DNA of 64,000 nucleotides from a virus: IMG/VR virus record IMGVR_UViG_3300045988_058566, positions 122,600 to 186,599 of that record; one strand, 5' to 3'. Shown piece by piece: positions 61,892 to 64,000 of this stretch (position 1 is its first letter; each line of letters starts with the position of its first letter). The notes under the pieces were generated by a model. It saw only the letters and a program-made list of their open reading frames with translations, ran no database searches and was not told where the DNA came from. The position numbers and the translations under genes were made by a program.

Positions 61892-62851
61892 ATGGAAACA
61901 AATATTAATATAGCAAAAATCCTGAAAAATGTTCCAATAGATACTAAATTATATTCACCTCTATTTGGATATGTATTTCTTAAATATATAGGAGAAATGT
62001 TTATAACTGTAGGACATCATGGTACAACGGCTAATTTCTATCATAATGGTAGACTATATGATTATGAGGGAACAGAACCAATGTTATTCCCTTCAAAGGA
62101 TATGCGTGATTGGTCTAAGTTTGCTTGGAAAAAGGGTGATGTACTAGTAAGCAATGATGGCAGTATAGAGGTTATCTTTGATGAATGGTACGATGATACT
62201 TACACAAATTTCTATGGTAAACATTATTTAGATAGTGAGAATGAAAATAATATCAAGTATTTTGAAGGATTTGTATGTACGACCGAAAGCTATTTTTTTG
62301 AATCTAAAGATGCCATTCAGATCTACATCAATACCATAGAGGAACGTTTGGGTGGCAAGCTCAATCGTGAAACTTTGGAGATTGAAAAGCAGCTTGAGTT
62401 CAAGGATGGGGATATAGTGGTATATGGAAAATCAGTAGCAATATGCCGAAAGATTTATAATCATACCCTTTGTTTCTATGTTTCTCTAAATGAAATGTTT
62501 GGATTATTGTTTGACGATGAGGTGGAATCATCTGAAGAGTATAGATTTGCTACAGAAGAAGAGAAGCAGCAACTCTTTGACACTTTAGCAAAAGAAGGTA
62601 AGACTTGGGATGCAGAAAAGAAAGAAATTGTGGACTTGCCTAAGAAGTGCGAGTTCAAGCCATTTGATAAAGTGTTGGGGAGAAATGATAAAGATGATGT
62701 ATGGGAAGCTGAACTCTTTTCTTATTATAGAGAAGAATCACAATATCCTTTTCGTTGTATCGGATTTAGTCGTAAGTATTGTATCCCTTACAACGAAGAA
62801 ACAGCACATCTACTAGGAACGACTGATGATTGGGAAGGAAGTGAGGGGTGA
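61892..62851 (+). CDS. hypothetical early protein
   Basis: Intact 319-aa ORF. Confidence 0.6.
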   Translation: METNINIAKILKNVPIDTKLYSPLFGYVFLKYIGEMFITVGHHGTTANFYHNGRLYDYEGTEPMLFPSKDMRDWSKFAWKKGDVLVSNDGSIEVIFDEWYDDTYTNFYGKHYLDSENENNIKYFEGFVCTTESYFFESKDAIQIYINTIEERLGGKLNRETLEIEKQLEFKDGDIVVYGKSVAICRKIYNHTLCFYVSLNEMFGLLFDDEVESSEEYRFATEEEKQQLFDTLAKEGKTWDAEKKEIVDLPKKCEFKPFDKVLGRNDKDDVWEAELFSYYREESQYPFRCIGFSRKYCIPYNEETAHLLGTTDDWEGSEG

Positions 62852-62957
62852 GAAAATGGTTACTGAATCAGATTGATGAGATTGGATGCTATTGTAATGA
62901 GCATCCATACGATAAATATACGTATAACATCTATTTAATAATGTGTAAATTAGTTGG

Positions 62958-63332
62958 TTGGTTATGATAAATAATAAAAAAATAGAAGAAGCCAAAGATA
63001 ATATCTTTAATAAACACTTCTTAAAGAATAATGAGGGAATGATATGTATAGACCATATATCAGAACCTATATATTTAGATTATCAGATTAAACAAGCTAT
63101 TGAACTAGGTGCTCACTGGGCTATAAATGAGTTTTTGAAGAATTTATGGCATCCTGCTAGTGAAGAGCCAAAGTTTGGTAAAGGAAGATTGTTAGTCTTG
63201 ATAAACGGAGGTGTCAGTATTCTAAATGTAGGTTTTGTTTTAGACCAATTACGCAACCTACATAATGTATATGGCATCGAAGGTTGGCTATACTTGAATG
63301 ATTTACTGCCAAAGGAAGGAGGTGAGCAATGA
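62958..63332 (+). CDS. hypothetical early protein
   Basis: Intact 124-aa ORF. Confidence 0.5.
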   Translation: MVMINNKKIEEAKDNIFNKHFLKNNEGMICIDHISEPIYLDYQIKQAIELGAHWAINEFLKNLWHPASEEPKFGKGRLLVLINGGVSILNVGFVLDQLRNLHNVYGIEGWLYLNDLLPKEGGEQ

Positions 63333-63718
63333 AAGAGTACATAGATGGTGACTTGGTAAGATATACATCTTTATATAAAGAACCTATTGCAGAAATCTGT
63401 GAGGTTCGTGAAACATCTTATCTTATAAGATTTATGAATGGGAATTTTGCAAAAGTCACAAGTAAAGAAATCAAACCCATTCCTATTACAACGGATATTC
63501 TAGAAAAGAATGGGTGGAAAACTCAAAACGGGTCGTACTATTATTTAAATGTGGCAAAAGGTTTTATTTCTTATGTTGGGATAGACTTTAAGCATAAATC
63601 AGATAAAGGTCAGCTATATGTAGAGATTGATGGAAATAATATAGCGGAGATACAATATTGCCACGAACTCAATCACCTCTTCTTTGGTATGGGTATTAAA
63701 AACGAAATGGAGGTGTAG
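63329..63718 (+). CDS. hypothetical early protein (TAG stop)
   Basis: Intact 129-aa ORF; ATGA overlap. Confidence 0.55.
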   Translation: MKEYIDGDLVRYTSLYKEPIAEICEVRETSYLIRFMNGNFAKVTSKEIKPIPITTDILEKNGWKTQNGSYYYLNVAKGFISYVGIDFKHKSDKGQLYVEIDGNNIAEIQYCHELNHLFFGMGIKNEMEV

Positions 63719-63720
63719 GT

Positions 63721-63888
63721 ATGGCTATATTATTATTAGCATTAACAATGATTTTGGATATTACGGTACAATTTGGAATGGATAAAACTGAAAGTGTATG
63801 GTATATTCCTATAAGTATCTTTGTCTTTATTTTAAGTGTAATCGCTTTAGTAGTAGCATTCTTGGGTTTGATATCTTTGATTGTTTAA
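63721..63888 (+). CDS. small membrane protein (55 aa)
   Basis: Hand-read MAILLLALTMILDITVQFG...; two hydrophobic segments; TAA at 63886. Confidence 0.4.
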   Translation: MAILLLALTMILDITVQFGMDKTESVWYIPISIFVFILSVIALVVAFLGLISLIV

Positions 63889-63915
63889 CCGCCTTCGGGC
63901 ATAAATAGTAGTTAT

Positions 63916-64000
63916 ATGATACAGAACATAATAAAAAAGGTGCTACGTAAGTGGCTAAAGAAGAAGCTATATAGTAGCAGTTTTCTATTTACCACCAACG
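63916..64000 (+). CDS. hypothetical protein, N-terminal fragment running off the window
   Basis: ATG 63916: MIQNIIKKVLRKWLKKKLYSS... Confidence 0.3.
   Translation, partial: MIQNIIKKVLRKWLKKKLYSSSFLFTTN

Overview
AT-rich phage segment with a crAss-like (Crassvirales-type) layout, read entirely by hand, so family names are motif-level calls. About 1-37.2 kb (minus strand) is a virion and packaging module. In genome order from 37 kb down it holds a small-terminase-position gene, large terminase, portal, two ~2,100-aa fibre/host-interaction proteins, an M15 peptidase, a scaffold-like protein and a putative major capsid protein. These genes form long ORFs only if TAG is translated; they end in TAA or TGA. 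A five-gene plus-strand cassette (39.46-41.38 kb, ending in a holin-like protein) is recoded the same way. A Gln-like amber-suppressor tRNA (anticodon CTA) lies on the minus strand at 42296-42367, inside a block of genes that contain no TAG at all. From 43.3 kb onward the plus strand carries about 45 small early-type genes in the standard code, at least 10 of which stop at TAG. This block is interrupted by two tRNA clusters (51.8-53.7 and 54.9-55.9 kb). The clusters include several structurally aberrant tRNAs and a family of covarying hairpins with a conserved loop placed directly 5' of tRNAs. Other notable items are a six-copy tandem paralog family starting MCW/MCF, a TAAC-N4-TAAC motif just upstream of many early start codons, a CT-rich iteron tract, a GC-rich structured leader with a C10 run at the divergent junction, and long non-coding stretches. 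I saw no rRNA, CRISPR array, transposase or integrase.
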